DNA from: Mobula hypostoma
Taxonomy: Eukaryota
Assembly: GCF_963921235.1 (NCBI RefSeq)
Contig: NC_086108.1
Coordinates: 34,412,001 to 34,476,000, forward strand
Direction of reading: 5' to 3'
Length of the DNA stretch: 64,000 nucleotides
This document shows, piece after piece, positions 12,821 to 24,724 of this stretch (position 1 is its first letter; each line of letters begins with the position of its first letter). Made by a program: the position numbers and the translations under genes. The notes below the pieces were generated by a model, which had not been told where the DNA came from, did no database searches, and saw only the letters and a program-made list of their open reading frames with translations.

Positions 12821-13964
12821 CTGATACACAGATTTTCCCTGTTCAGAGAGAGAATGGTTGCAACAAGTGAGAAGTGCAGTTGTTTCTGAGAAGCTGCTTC
12901 GTCTCTCAAAAGACTTTAATGTTGCCAGAGACACCTATTTTGCAGCCTTCTGCATCCTCAATACAAGTATAAAAAGGTAAAACTAACTGGATACTCACTT
13001 CTATCCAAGGAAAAGATTACATGCTCTGCTACGTGTATTTATCATCTGAAGTCGAAAGTGTTGCCGTAAAAAACATCACAAATTACTGAGATTGCCTGGT
13101 TTTGCAGATGAGTTTTCAAGTTGGCAATGATTTATGGTTTTCAATGTGTTAAGTCCCTAACCTGCAGCTCTAAACTGTGTCGATTCAGCAAGGTAACAAG
13201 CAAAAGAATTAGGGTTAAGGTGGCGTAAAGCAGCAAATATTGACAGAACTGTTCCATCAATCAGGGAAGGAGGAAGTTCCAGTTAAAAGAAATTCTTGAT
13301 CAAAAGAAAACAAGCTACCAGAGGAACTCAGCAGTATATGTAGTGTTATACATTACAGAGTGAGGTGATTTATTCTCTCAGAGACACATTTCTGTGGATT
13401 GCTGAATCGAAAAGTAGATTCACGGCTGAGGCAGACAGAATTTTTGGATTACAGCATCTGGCAAACTCGAGACTTCTGTGGTGCATGGTAAGTACATTTT
13501 CTTGACTATTATATATTATTTTACTTACACTCCAGTGAATTTTAATTCACTTTTTGAGTAGAATGCTAAATGTATTGAGTCTGAGGTCCTGGTATGTAGG
13601 GAATGTGGGAGCAAAGGCCCCAGTGTCGGGTAAGGGAGTGCGGGGACTGGGACCCAGGTGGGTGGGAAGACAGTGCAGCAAACGTCACCTGATTAGGCAG
13701 ATGCAAACCATTGGGATTTTGGAATAGTTGTTAATGGATTATAAGTATTTTATTATATAGGGAAACCAAAGTTCTTTGGAATCAGGTAGAAATGAAGAGT
13801 TGAGGCCAGATATCAACCACGATCTTACTGAGTGATGGAACAGGCTCGAGGAGTCATATGGCCCACTCTTGCCCCCTCCTCCTTTCTTATGTCCTTCATC
13901 TAGTTCTTTCCTTATTATCCTGCTAACCTCTTCTTCTGACTTCACTGTTATCTAAGCCCATTTC

Positions 13965-14430
13965 AAAGTTCAAAGTACATATATCACCACATACAACCTT
14001 GAGATTTATTTTCTTGCAGCCATACTCATCAAATCTATAAAATAGTAACTATAACAGGATCAATGAAAAATCGACCAGAGTCCTGAAGAAAACAAACTGT
14101 ACAAATACAAATCTAAATAAGTAGCAATAAATAATGAGAATATGAGATAAAGAGTCCTTGAAAGTGAGATCATTGGTTGTGGGAACATCTCAATGATGAG
14201 GTAGGTGAAGTTGAGTGCAGTAATCCTGTATTCAAGAGCCTGATGGCTTAGGGGTATTAACTGTTCTTGAACTTGGTGATGCAGGTCCTGAGGCTCCTGT
14301 ACCTTCTACCTGATGGCAGCAGCGAGACGAGAGCATGGCCTGGGTGGTGGGGATCTCTGATGATGGATGCTGCTTTCCTATGACAGCATTTCATGTAGAT
14401 GTCCTCAATGGTTGGGAGGGTTTTAGCCAA
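13965..14430 (-). mobile_element. Rex1/Babar-like LINE 3' end
   Basis: TTCAAAGTTCAAAGT tail plus the reverse complement of the Rex ORF2 C-terminus (CCTTCTACCTGATGG...GGGTGGTGGGGATCTCTGATGATGGATGCTGC). Confidence 0.75.
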
Positions 14431-15236
14431 CTAACTAAATTCTGACTTCCTTCAGGTCTTGTTCGTGACTCCTGGGTTAAATGGGAAGACAAGCAAGTAT
14501 ACAAGAATGCAACAGTGACATGTATTTGTGTTCCTTCGGGCTGCAACGTTAAATATTACTAACATTTATCTGTACTTAATTAAATATGTAAATAAATAAG
14601 CCACAAGGAATATAATTTGATCTTCACTGTCCCTTCCAGTAAGATGGCACCATTAAGGGGTGACTCTTAATGCAGTTTTAAATGAGTGCAGCTGTGATGG
14701 GAATCATAATGCAACAGTTCTGTCACAGTCCTGCTCACCCAACCTGAAACATCTAGCAGTCAAACATTGTCTATTTTATCTGCTGAGGGAGTTTTCTGCC
14801 ATCATCCTGGTAGTGATGTACGTTCCACGTCAGGCCAATGTCAGGAAGATACTGGAGGAGCTGAGCACCGTAATCGGCTGTCATGAAACAGCACACCCCA
14901 TGTCTTCCCTGTCGTTGCGGGAGATTTCAACCAGGTCATCTTGAAGAAGTCTCTGAGCAACTACATATAACCTATGGAACCAGAAGAGCCAAAATACTTG
15001 ACCACAGTGATACTACCATCAGGAATACCTGCCATGCCATCCCATACCTGAACTTTGAAAAGTCTGACCACATGGCTGTACGTCTACTCCCACCCTATAG
15101 GCAGAGACTAAAGACCGCAGTACCAGTGGTAAGAACTAAGAAGGTATGGTCAGGAGAGGTGGAGGAGTGCTTACAGGACTGCTTTGAGTCAGTGAAATGG
15201 AAAATATTCAAAGATTCATCTTCAAGTCTAAATGAG

Positions 15237-15827
15237 TGTGGGGGGGGGGTTCTCAATAATGTTAACTGCTAATAATGAAATGGCTTCTCTGTAATGTTTG
15301 ATGAGATGATGTTTCTCTGTAGCTGCGATGTTTGGATTATAACTACAGATAACGGGGAACTAACCAATGGAAGTCACGTTATTCTACCTTGTATCTGTGG
15401 GAACCATAGTTAGTGCGCGGGCTTTTCATCGAGGAGAGGAGTAGAGGAAGGACGCGTGTGGAGCGCTGTGGTAGTCAACCAGCTGTGGTCCGAGCCGAGG
15501 GTCGACGGAGTTCGGAGAAGATTGATTGGTGGAAAGGAGACCTGGTTCCATGAGCTCCAATGAATTTACTTCTGCACAGATTGATTCAAATTAACTACAG
15601 TGGTGCCTTTTTCTTTACTATTTTGCTTTTCTACTAACCACATCACCAAATAAGAGTTATAAAGTGTAAACATTTAATCGCATATTGTGTACTGTCTGAT
15701 GTTTTACATTGTGGGGGGTTTGTACCGCGGTGCATTACACAGCATCTACGCAAACGTGAGACACAGTTTGGCGGGCAGACAGCAGCTTCCCCTAGACAAA
15801 CGTGAGTTGATCAAGCCAAGTGTTACA
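15237..15827. mobile_element. Probable solo LTR, 591 bp, inserted in the Rex LINE
   Basis: Starts TGT and ends ACA, with an imperfect 4-bp flanking duplication TGAG/TGAA. LINE sequence is collinear on both sides. Confidence 0.7.
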
Positions 15828-16137
15828 TGAATATGCCACAGTTGTCACCAACTTCATCGAGACCTGAGTGGATGGATGTGTGCCTTCGAGAACATACTGG
15901 ACATACTCAAACCAAAAGCCATGGATGAACCAAAAGCTTCTTAGTCTGCTGAGGGCTAGACCTGTGGCACTCAAGGCTGGTGATCTGGAACTATGCAAGT
16001 AGTCCAGTTACGATCTATGGAAGGCCATCTTAAAGGTGAGAAAGCAATTGCGTTTGAGGTTAGAGATGGAAATGGATGCATATTAGCTCTGTCAAGGTTT
16101 GCAGGCCATAACTTCCTGCAAAGCAAATCCTGATATC

Positions 16138-17151
16138 TGTCATGGTCCAGTCCGTGAAGTCTGCATTCCGGTTCACGGTCCAGTCCGTGGACTCAGGACT
16201 CTGGGTCTTCCAGCTGTCCCTCGTTTGGTTGAGTTAATCATATGCACCTGATTCCCATCTTTGGGCTTGGAACATAAGTAGCCTTGGGGTTGAGTGTGGG
16301 GGCTGGTTTATCTTGTCAGAACCCTTGGGGCAACCTGCTGATGGAAGGCTAGTGAAACCATTCATGATTGCGAGGCCAGGTTGGAGGACCACATGGAGCC
16401 TTGTTGCCACTCATCAGAGCAGTCATTGTGGTATGGATTTGGCTGTTTCTGTAGCCAGCCAAGGTTGCTGGCTACCCCGAGACTCAGACCCACCCTGGAC
16501 TGAAGTCCCTTCCTGTCCCTTGCCTCTGTTGGGTAAGCAGGCTGTTTGCTGTTACCCTGCGGTTGGGTCCATCCCTCCCTGTCCTTGCCTCTGTGGGGTG
16601 AAGTTCCATATCCTGCCCAGGAGTTCCTCCAAGAACCCAAGCCCCGAGGATCCCGCAGCCAAGCTCCAAGAACCCAAGCCCCAAGGCTCCCGCAGCCAAG
16701 CTCCAAGAACCCAAGCCTCGAGGATCTGCAGCCAAACTCCAAGAACCCAAGCCCCGAGGCTCCCGCAGCCAAGCTCCAAGAACACAAGACTGAAGTCCCC
16801 AGCCTCAAGCCTCAAGAGGAAAGACCCCAGCCTGTCTCCAAGCTCCGTTCTCTAGACCCCAGCCACGTCCTGTCCTGAAGCCATGTTATGTCCTTGCCTG
16901 GTTCTGGGGTCTGAGCCCGAAGCAAGACCCAGGTTCTGGGTCCTTGTCCAGTCTCGGGCTTGGAGTCGAAGTCTTGTCTCCTAGTCCATGGTTTCTAGTC
17001 CTGGTCCCGCTTTCCCTAGCCCAAGTCTGCGTTCTTGTCCCTGCTCCTGGTCTGAATCCTGTCACGTCTCTACTCTAGTCAAGTCCTGTTCCTTGTACTT
17101 CAGTGTGTGAGTCTTGCATTTGGATCCGTTCCCAGCGTCCCCATTGTGACA
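16138..17151 (+). mobile_element. Solo-LTR-like element, 1014 bp, TGTCA...TGACA termini, 5-bp TSD ATATC
   Basis: TSD at 16133-16137 and 17152-17156. Both ends are homologous to the element at 37693-39500, which lies in the opposite orientation. Strand assignment is relative only. Confidence 0.85.
16627..16790 (+). repeat. 37-bp minisatellite (about 4.4 copies) inside the LTR-like element
   Basis: CTCCAAGAACCCAAGCCCC...CGCAGCCAAG starts at 16627, 16664, 16701, 16737 and 16774. It accounts for the repetitive ORFs in several frames here. Confidence 0.92.
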
Positions 17152-19145
17152 ATATCATGAATGGCTGTGAAGCTTCACTCCCAGATGAAGCATACTTTTG
17201 TGCATGCTTTGAAAGGGAGAATAAAACTACACCTGGATGAATCTCTGCAGCATCTGGTGACACTGTGAACTCTGCCTCAGCGGCAGACATCAGAATATCT
17301 TTCAAGTGAGTGAACTCCTAGCAAGGCTTCAGGTCCTGATGGTGTACCAGGTAGGGCTCTGAAAACCTGTGCCAACCAACTGGCAGGAGTGCTCATGAAC
17401 AGCTTCAATCTCTCAATGCAGCAGTCAGAGATTCTCACCTGCTGAAGAGGGTGACCATCTTACCAGTGCCTAAGAAAAACAAGGTGAGCCACCTCAATGA
17501 CTATCGCCCTGTTGCACTCACATCTACTGTAATGAAGGGCATTGAGAGGTTGGTCATGGCTGGAATCAACTCCTGCCTAAGCAGTGGCCAGGACCCACTG
17601 CAATTTCCCTACTGCCACAGTAAGTCTGCAGCAGATACAATTTCATTGGCTCGGCACTCAGCTTTGAATCACCTGAACAATAGCTATAGCTATATCAAGC
17701 TGCTGTTTATTGACTACAGCTCAGTGTTCAACACAATTATACCCTCAGTTCTAATCAATAAGCTCCAAAACCTGGGCCTCTGTACCTTCCTCTGCAACTG
17801 GATCCTTGACTTCTTCACCGGGAGACAACAATCTGCGTGGATTGGAAATGACATCTCCTCCCTGCTGGCAATAAACACTGGCACACCTCAAGGACGTATG
17901 CTTAGCCCACTGCTCTACTCTTCCTACGCCCAACGTGTGGCTTACACCCATGACTGTGTGACTGTGTGATAGCTCAAACGCCATCTATAAGTTTGCTGAT
18001 GACAGAACTATTGTTGGCGGAATTTCAGCGGGTGAAGAGAAGGCATACAGGAGTGAGATAGGTCAGCTGGTTGAGTGATGTTGCAGCAATAACCTTGCAC
18101 TCAGTGTCAGTGAGACCAAAGAATTGATTGTGAACTTCAGGAAGGGGAAGTCGAACGAACACACACCAATCCTCATCAGTGAAGGGGTGGGCTGTTTCAA
18201 AATCCCTGGATGCCAACTCTTCTGAGGATCTATCCTCAGGGCCCAACATATTGATGCAATTACAAAGAAAGCATGACAGAGGCTATATTTCATTAGGAGT
18301 TTGAGGAGAACTCATATCATCCAAAGACACTGGCAAATTTCTACAGGTGTACTGTGGAGGGCATCCTAACTGGTTGCTTCATGGTCTGGTATGAAGGGGT
18401 CAATGCACAGGATTGAAAAAAAGCTGCAGAAAGTTGTGAAATCTGTCAGCTCCATCATGGACACTGGCCTCCCCAGCATTCAGGACACCTTCAAAAAGCA
18501 ATGTCTCAAAAAGATGGCATCCAGCATTAAGGAGCCCCATCACCCAAGACACGCCTTCTTCTTATTCACAAGGAGGAGGTACAGAAGCCCCAAAACAACA
18601 AATTTCACAACAGTGATATTAAACCTGATTCTGATTCCTTAAGTGCCACTTCAGTTGCCCAGACTCATCCTATGAAAGATCCATCCCTACCTTCACCTGC
18701 TACCAAAAACTAACATGTCTGTCCCTGTTTCTAATGAAAGGTCTTTGACCTTAATCGGTGATTATTTCCCTTACTACAGATGCTGCAAGTCTCCAGCGTT
18801 TTCCATTTTTATTTTAGACTTCCAGCCTCTGCAGTTTTTGGTTTTATCTTCATGTAATGCATGTCATAGTTTTACCAGTTTCTGAACTGAGCAGGGCTTC
18901 ATTACTTCTGGAAATAGGTATCAGAAGCCATGCCTGAAAGGAGGAAAACTTGCAGCAATCTCCTAGCCTGGGTCTGCAGAATAATAGCGAAGCCTTGTGT
19001 TGTCATCCACAAGATTGTTTCTGATAAGAGGTGAAGGAGCTGCAGAGGCCCAGGAGTGGCTACAGCAAAGATAATTCAAAGAGGCAACACACACAAAATG
19101 CAGGTGGAACACAGCAGGCCAGGCAGCATCTATTGGAAGAGGTAC

Positions 19146-19181
19146 AGTCGACGTTTCGGGCCAAGACCCTTCATCAGGACT
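19146..19181 (-). ncRNA. Minimal type I hammerhead ribozyme motif (PLE-type), intact core
   Basis: Minus strand reads AGUC-CUGAUGA-A-GGGU(CUUG)GCCC-GAAA-CG-UC^GACU. Stem I AGUC/GACU, stem II of 4 bp, palindromic ACGU in place of stem III. Confidence 0.85.
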
Positions 19182-19359
19182 AACTGAAAGAAGAGATAGT
19201 AAGAGATTTGAAAGTGGGAGGGGGAGGGGGAGATCCGAAATGATAGGAGGAGGGGGGAGGGATGGAGCTAAGAACTGGAAAGTTGATTAGCAAAGGGGAT
19301 ACCAGGATCTCCCCCTCCCCCTCCCACTTTCAAATCTCTTACTATCTCTTCTTTCAATT

Positions 19360-19395
19360 AGTCCTGACGAAGGGTCCCAGCCCGAAACGTCGACT
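19360..19395 (+). ncRNA. Minimal type I hammerhead ribozyme motif (PLE-type), intact core
   Basis: AGUC-CUGACGA(19364-19370)-A-GGGU(CCCA)GCCC-GAAA(19384-19387)-CG-UC^GACU. Predicted cleavage after C19391. Confidence 0.85.
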
Positions 19396-20379
19396 GTACC
19401 TGCGTTGTACCAGCAGTTAGTGTGTGTTGCTTGAATTTCCAGCATCCACAGATTTCCTCGTGTTTGCGTTTTTAATTCAAAGAGGTATCTTTAAGGTATT
19501 GCTGACCTGCCAGGTGATGAACACCCACTCCCAGGGAGAGGGATTCATTAACTTCACTTGCTACACATTTTGTAAAGAGAGATGAAAGAAGCTGCAGATA
19601 CTGTGATCTGGAGCAAAAAGCAAACTGCTTGAGGAACTCAGCAAGTCAGGAGGTATCTGTGGAGGCAGGGGGATGGTTATATTTCGGGTCAAGTTTGACG
19701 ATAACTCTACAAGCTTTGATCAATGGAGGGCCTACAGGGCTTGTACACTGGATGGACAGTTCTGTCATTCTACAGAGAGCACAATCCAGTATGAATTAAT
19801 TACGGTTTCAGTATCCAAAAATTTTGCTTTGTTCATGAATCAAAGCGTAATTTGATTTATGATAATACAGTTATGCTATTGGGTAGTTTATTTTCTGCAG
19901 ATTTTCTCAAAATACAATGTATTCCTTTAATTACATTGACAATCACATATTTCTTTTTTTTTACTATTTAAAATAATATTTTGGTTGATTAAGTTAGGCT
20001 TGTTGTAATACCCAATAGGATTCGTCTTGTTAATATTTTGTCCAATAAGATGCCCTAGAATATTTTAGAGGGATGTGGGGGCTAGCCATTTTCTGGAGAG
20101 AGAACAGATGTTTTGGAGGAAGAAGGAGAATGGAAAATGGAAATGGTAAATGGACAACAAACATAGCAGAAAAATATGATCTCACTAGTATAAGCTTAGC
20201 TTACTGTTGTACTGACAAAATATTTTAAACTACTGTATAACAAACACAATAAAAAAGGGCCGAGTACACAGATATTAATTAGCCATAATTCATTGGAAAT
20301 AGCCTTTTCATTGTTATTCCCTGTGCATTGAAGAGTTATGTTACTGTTAGTTTGTATTCATGGTACTAGCTAACTCAAA

Positions 20380-20770
20380 CCAGCTTTCCTTTTATGGACT
20401 CCGTCTACACTTCCCTCTGCCTCAGTAGGGCACACAGACCCTAAAAGTTCTCTTTTCTCCGCTCTTGCACTAGGCAGGAGATACAAAAGCCTGAAGGCAC
20501 ATACCACCAGGCTCAAGAACAGCTTTGACCCCATTGTTATAAGACTATTAAATAGTTTCCTAGTATGATAAGATGGATCCTTGGCCTCACAATCTACCTC
20601 GCGTGATCTTGTGCTTTATTGCTTACCTGCTCTGCACTTTCTCTGTAGCTGTTATACTTTATTTTGCATGTCATTATTTACTTTACATCAATGCACACCA
20701 TAATGGTTTGATTTGCATGAACAGTACGCATTCAAGCTTTTCATTGTATCTTGGTACACATTAAGCCAAA
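20380..20770 (+). mobile_element. Rex1/Babar-like LINE 3' end
   Basis: GGACTCCGTCTACACTTCC...GGCAGGAGATACAAAAGCCTGAAGGCACATACCACCAGGCTCAAGAACAGC (GRRYKSLKAHTTRLKNS) and a TTTTCATTGTATCTTGGTACA tail. Confidence 0.75.
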
Positions 20771-22872
20771 AATAATATAGTAATAACTTTGATTAATGGA
20801 ATTGGACATACAGTTGATGAGGAAATCTTTGCAGAGCTTTGAATAAAGAACAGGACTGGGAATATTGTTTATGGCTCAATGCATCAAATGACCTCCTTTT
20901 GTGGTGTAAGATTCTCTGGTAGCACTACTGTTAACACCAACCACTGTGTTTATTTCCTTGGTAGTCCTTATTTCTACCAGTAAGAGAACCAGATGGCTCC
21001 TCTTTTTCAGCAAGGTCTTCGAAGGACAATTAAGATGTTTCTAATTCTTGTTCTCTTCATGAAATCTCTGAGGCATCATGAAATAATTCACAGACTTCAC
21101 AGTCTTGTGAGGCAGCCATATCAACAGCAAGTATCAATGACTGCTCTTTGGCGTTGTATCTACTGAACTGGTAACTGACTGAGTGATCTGACAGAGCCAT
21201 AGAATCATACTGCACAGAGGTGGGCTGTTTGTCTGATTGAGTCCACATCAACCAAACCTCATTCACACTGGTCCTATTTTATACTCCACTCATTCTCATC
21301 AATTCATCCTTAGACTCCACCTTTCACCTACTGGAGTAACTGGGGGAGAACCCATATGGCCACAGGGAGAACATGCAAACTCCACACAGAAAACTCTAAC
21401 AATGCTTAAGAGAATCTGCTGTCTGCTTCTCAAACCTCAGGCCCTTCTAGATAGCAGCCTCGTCTGGTACCTAAGGAGGGGCAAATGCACTCAGATCATG
21501 CTGGCACTTTATTGTGGTCCTCTTTTATAGCCACTATGCACACCTCCCATTGATTGTCACTACTCCTAGTCGTCCTAACAGCAAAGGAAACTGCAGTGAT
21601 GAGCACCCCAATCACTCCTGCTCATTCCCAGAAGCTGTGTGCACATCAGGGCTCATTGATTCCTCAGATATGGATGGATATCACCGGCCCCCTGGTCTTG
21701 GAACTTGGACCACACCTTCAGTGGATTGTTCCCATACTGAAGCCAAGTGCTGTGTCGAGTCCCGTGATTGTCTCTGCTGTGGCCTTCAGATGCTCCTGTG
21801 GCTTTGTCCATACTGACCAGTGTGTTAGGTTTCCCCATGTGGAAACCTGCTGTGGGCAGTCATGTTCCCTTAAATACAGCCAGGAACAGGACCCTTAATC
21901 CACTATGTCTGCATTGACTGTTAATCTTTGTAGCTCTTCTGGATTAAATCTTCTCAATGTCTGTCCCATGGTGGGGCATTGAAAGTGGTGTTTCAGGTGC
22001 TGGGATCGTTGGCTGAGCTGATGGCATTGAAACGGTCCCTGGGGACTTGCTGTGTGCAGACTGGCAGCTACACTTCCTTCATTGCAGCAACAATCTTACC
22101 TCCAGAATTCTTCACCACTATTACGTGCTTTAAGGCACCCTGAGGTCATGCAGATTTTTTCCCCTAACAACCAGCTTTGCTCTCAAAATTAGGAAATAAC
22201 TCAGAGAGTTTATTTTACACTCAATGGCTCAATACCAAGTGTGTTTTCTGCTTCTCAATTCACCTGACAAATCATCTTTCTCTGAAGCACCAATATAAAT
22301 TCATTTATTTTCATCAACTACTTCAAGGTGAATATCTCTGGCAGAGTTGCTGAACCAATGCTTCTCTTCTTTGTAACATGTAATGACGACTAACTTGCAT
22401 GGAGTTGTAACTTAATCAAAGCAAAAGGTTTGCAGGGCAATAAAACAGCCAACAGATTCTTGTTACCACATAGAAATGACGGTAGAGCTATTCAGTTTAA
22501 CCAGCGCAAAAGTATGTTCAAGAATACATCTATTTGTTTTATTTTACAAACACACCCGTGCAGGAGCTGTTAACCTGACAGGGAAATAAAAACACTTGTT
22601 TTTATTCCCTTGTGGGACTGGTGCTCAATAAATGGTGGTGAGCAGCCATCAGCAGCTGCTGTGTGTCGTGTGGTGGCGGCAGCTCTGTATGCTTTGTAGT
22701 TTGTGAAATGCTTGTTGTGAGAGTGTGGGTGGTGCTGATACAGGTTGATCAAGTTAAAGAGTCAGCCTTTGAAATGCAATCTATGCTATATATTAGGATT
22801 TACATTAAGACAGGTTTTATATTGGTTTGTTTGCTGGAAGGAGGTACCCGAGCCTTCAGTCCTGCACACAAT

Positions 22873-23381
22873 GTACTTTGTACTTTATTGTCGCCAAACA
22901 ATTGATACTAGAGCGTACAATCATCACAGCGATATTTGATTCTGCACTTCACGCTCCCTGGAGTACAAATCGATAGTAAATAGTAAAAATTTAAATTATA
23001 AATCATGAATAGAAAATAGAAAAGGGAAAGTAAGGTAGTGCAAAAAAAACCGAGAGGCAGGTCCGGATATTTGGAGGGCATGGTCCAGATCTGGGTCAGG
23101 ATCCGTTCAGCAGTCTTATCACAGTTGGAAAGAAGCTGTTCCCAAATCTGGCCGTACGAGTCTTCAAGCTCCTGAGCCTTCTCCCGGAGGGAAGAGGGAC
23201 GAAAAGTGTGTTGGCTGGGTGGGTCGTGTCCTTGATTATCCTGGCAGCATTGCTCCGACAGCATGCAGTGTGAAGTGAGTCCAAGGACGGAAGATTGGTT
23301 TGTGTGATGTGCTGCGCTGTGTTCACGACCTTCTGCAGCTTCTTCCGGTCTTGGGCAGGACAACTTCCATACCAGGTTGTG
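22873..23381 (-). mobile_element. Relatively young 5'-truncated Rex1/Babar LINE
   Basis: ORF 23096-23548 contains WYGSCPAQDRKKLQKVVNTAQHIT...PLPSGRRLRSLKTRTARFGNSFFPTVIRLLN. CpGs are retained and the tail reads (TACTTT)n on the + strand. Older + strand Rex tails follow at about 23382-23840. Confidence 0.88.
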
Positions 23382-24138
23382 TTTTGTGTAACTTCGATAT
23401 AACTTTGTGTTGTATGTGAGTTGCTTATATGTACTGTGATGTGCACTTTGCTCCAGAGGAACATTGCTTTGTTTGGCGGTATACGCGTATATGGTTGAAC
23501 GGTAATAGACTTGAACTTGAATGCCAGGTTCAGGAGCAGTTCAAGCATCAGTCTGCTGAACCAATGTGGATAGCTTCACTCACCTCAACACCGAACTGAA
23601 CTCACAGACCATGGATGCTCACTTTCAAAGACTCTACAATTCTCAATATTATTTATTTATTTATTATATTTATTTGTATTTGCACATTTTTCTTTTGCAC
23701 ATTGGTTATTCATTGATTTATTGTACAATATTCCTTTGTTCTACTGTGAATGCCTGCAGGAAAATGAAGCTCAAGGTAGTAGATGGTGACATACTGTATG
23801 TAGTTTGGTAATAAATACATTTACTTTATTTTGTACTTTACTCTGAAACAGCCTACTTATGGGCCCCCAAGTTTTCCTCCTCCTGTAACAATACTGTTAT
23901 GGACTAGCATGCAAAAGGATGCCGGAAACGTTGGAACGAGGTTGGTGTCAAGAAGATATCGAGCTAAGGAAATGCTATTCTGAATGGATATTATAATCAT
24001 AGTTACAGATTCATACAGCACGGAAACAAGATCTTCAGCCCAATATGTCCATGCTGACTATCAAATACTCAGCTGTACTAATTACCAGTTCTTGTTCTAT
24101 AGCCTTGTATATCTTGGTTTTTAAGTGTACATGTAGAC

Positions 24139-24218
24139 CAGGGTTTCCCAACCTTTTTTATGCCATGGACCCCTACCATTAACCAAGGGGTCTGTGGAAC
24201 CTAGGTTGGGAAGCCCTG
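24139..24218. mobile_element. 80-bp hAT (Charlie-like) MITE inside a decayed minus-strand CR1 tail
   Basis: TIRs CAGGGTTTCCCAACCT / AGGTTGGGAAGCCCTG; 8-bp TSD ATGTAGAC/ATATAGAC with a central TA. Confidence 0.85.
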
Positions 24219-24705
24219 ATATAGACCCTTAAATATTGTGAAAGCACCTGCCTTCACAACTCCCTCACACAATATGTTTCACATTACAACCACATATTGG
24301 GTGAAAAGCTTCCTCTTCGGTCATCTCTAAATCTTTTATCACTTGGCCTAAATCTACTCTTAAATACCTTTGTCATGGGGACTCTTCTAATGTCAACTGA
24401 CAAACAATTTTGCCATGCTTTAATATTATAAATGACATCCCATACATGTTCAACACTGCTAATGCAGAATGGTATCAAAATTGCTTTGAAATTTAGCACA
24501 AAGATTACCATAACTACTTAAACATCACAGAAAAATTGTTACAACTTTACAAAATGAAGAAGCAGCTTGCCATAAGATGTGCGTAACTCCGTTCAAAACA
24601 ATTGTAGCTTTAACTGTGGATACTTGCACCTGGAAACACGGGAGGCCGAATTGCCTAAGATTCATTAATGTTCCAAATTGCGCTACAATTTGTAACTAGA
24701 CAAAC

Positions 24706-24724
24706 CGGCACTAGAGGGCGCTAC
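24706..24724 (+). promoter_or_regulatory. Candidate CTCF-binding site
   Basis: CGGCACTAGAGGGCGCTAC closely matches the CTCF core (CCACTAGAGGGCGC) and lies in a non-repeat patch that retains CpGs. Confidence 0.5.

Larger units (their letters stand above)
14637..18637 (+). mobile_element. Rex1/Babar-clade LINE, most of ORF2 (APE + RT), pseudogenised, carrying two LTR-like insertions
   Basis: ORF fragments: SCSPNLKHLAVKHCLFYLLREFSAIILVVMYVP (APE); [34 protein letters not shown]...DPLQF...[12 protein letters not shown]...TGTPQG (RT); AAGTTTGCTGATGAC (KFADD) at about 17990; tail ATTAAACCTGATTCTGATT. Many stops and frameshifts. Confidence 0.92.
19085..19472. mobile_element. Non-autonomous Penelope-like insertion made of two inverted terminal repeats (fold-back), 13-bp TSD
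   Basis: TAATTCAAAGAGG at 19072-19084 and 19473-19485. Arms 19141-19236 and 19305-19400 are near-perfect reverse complements. Confidence 0.92.

Noticed and set aside
16313..16878. Pro/Ser-rich repetitive ORFs
   Set aside because: Arise from a 37-bp minisatellite, not a multiple of 3, inside an LTR-like element.
14637..18637. Active or domesticated reverse transcriptase gene
   Set aside because: All RT-bearing copies in the window, Rex and CR1 alike, have multiple stops, frameshifts or nested insertions.
21440..22040. GC-richer segment with several short ORFs, possibly an L1/Tx1 relic
   Set aside because: No diagnostic motif could be read, so it was left unannotated.
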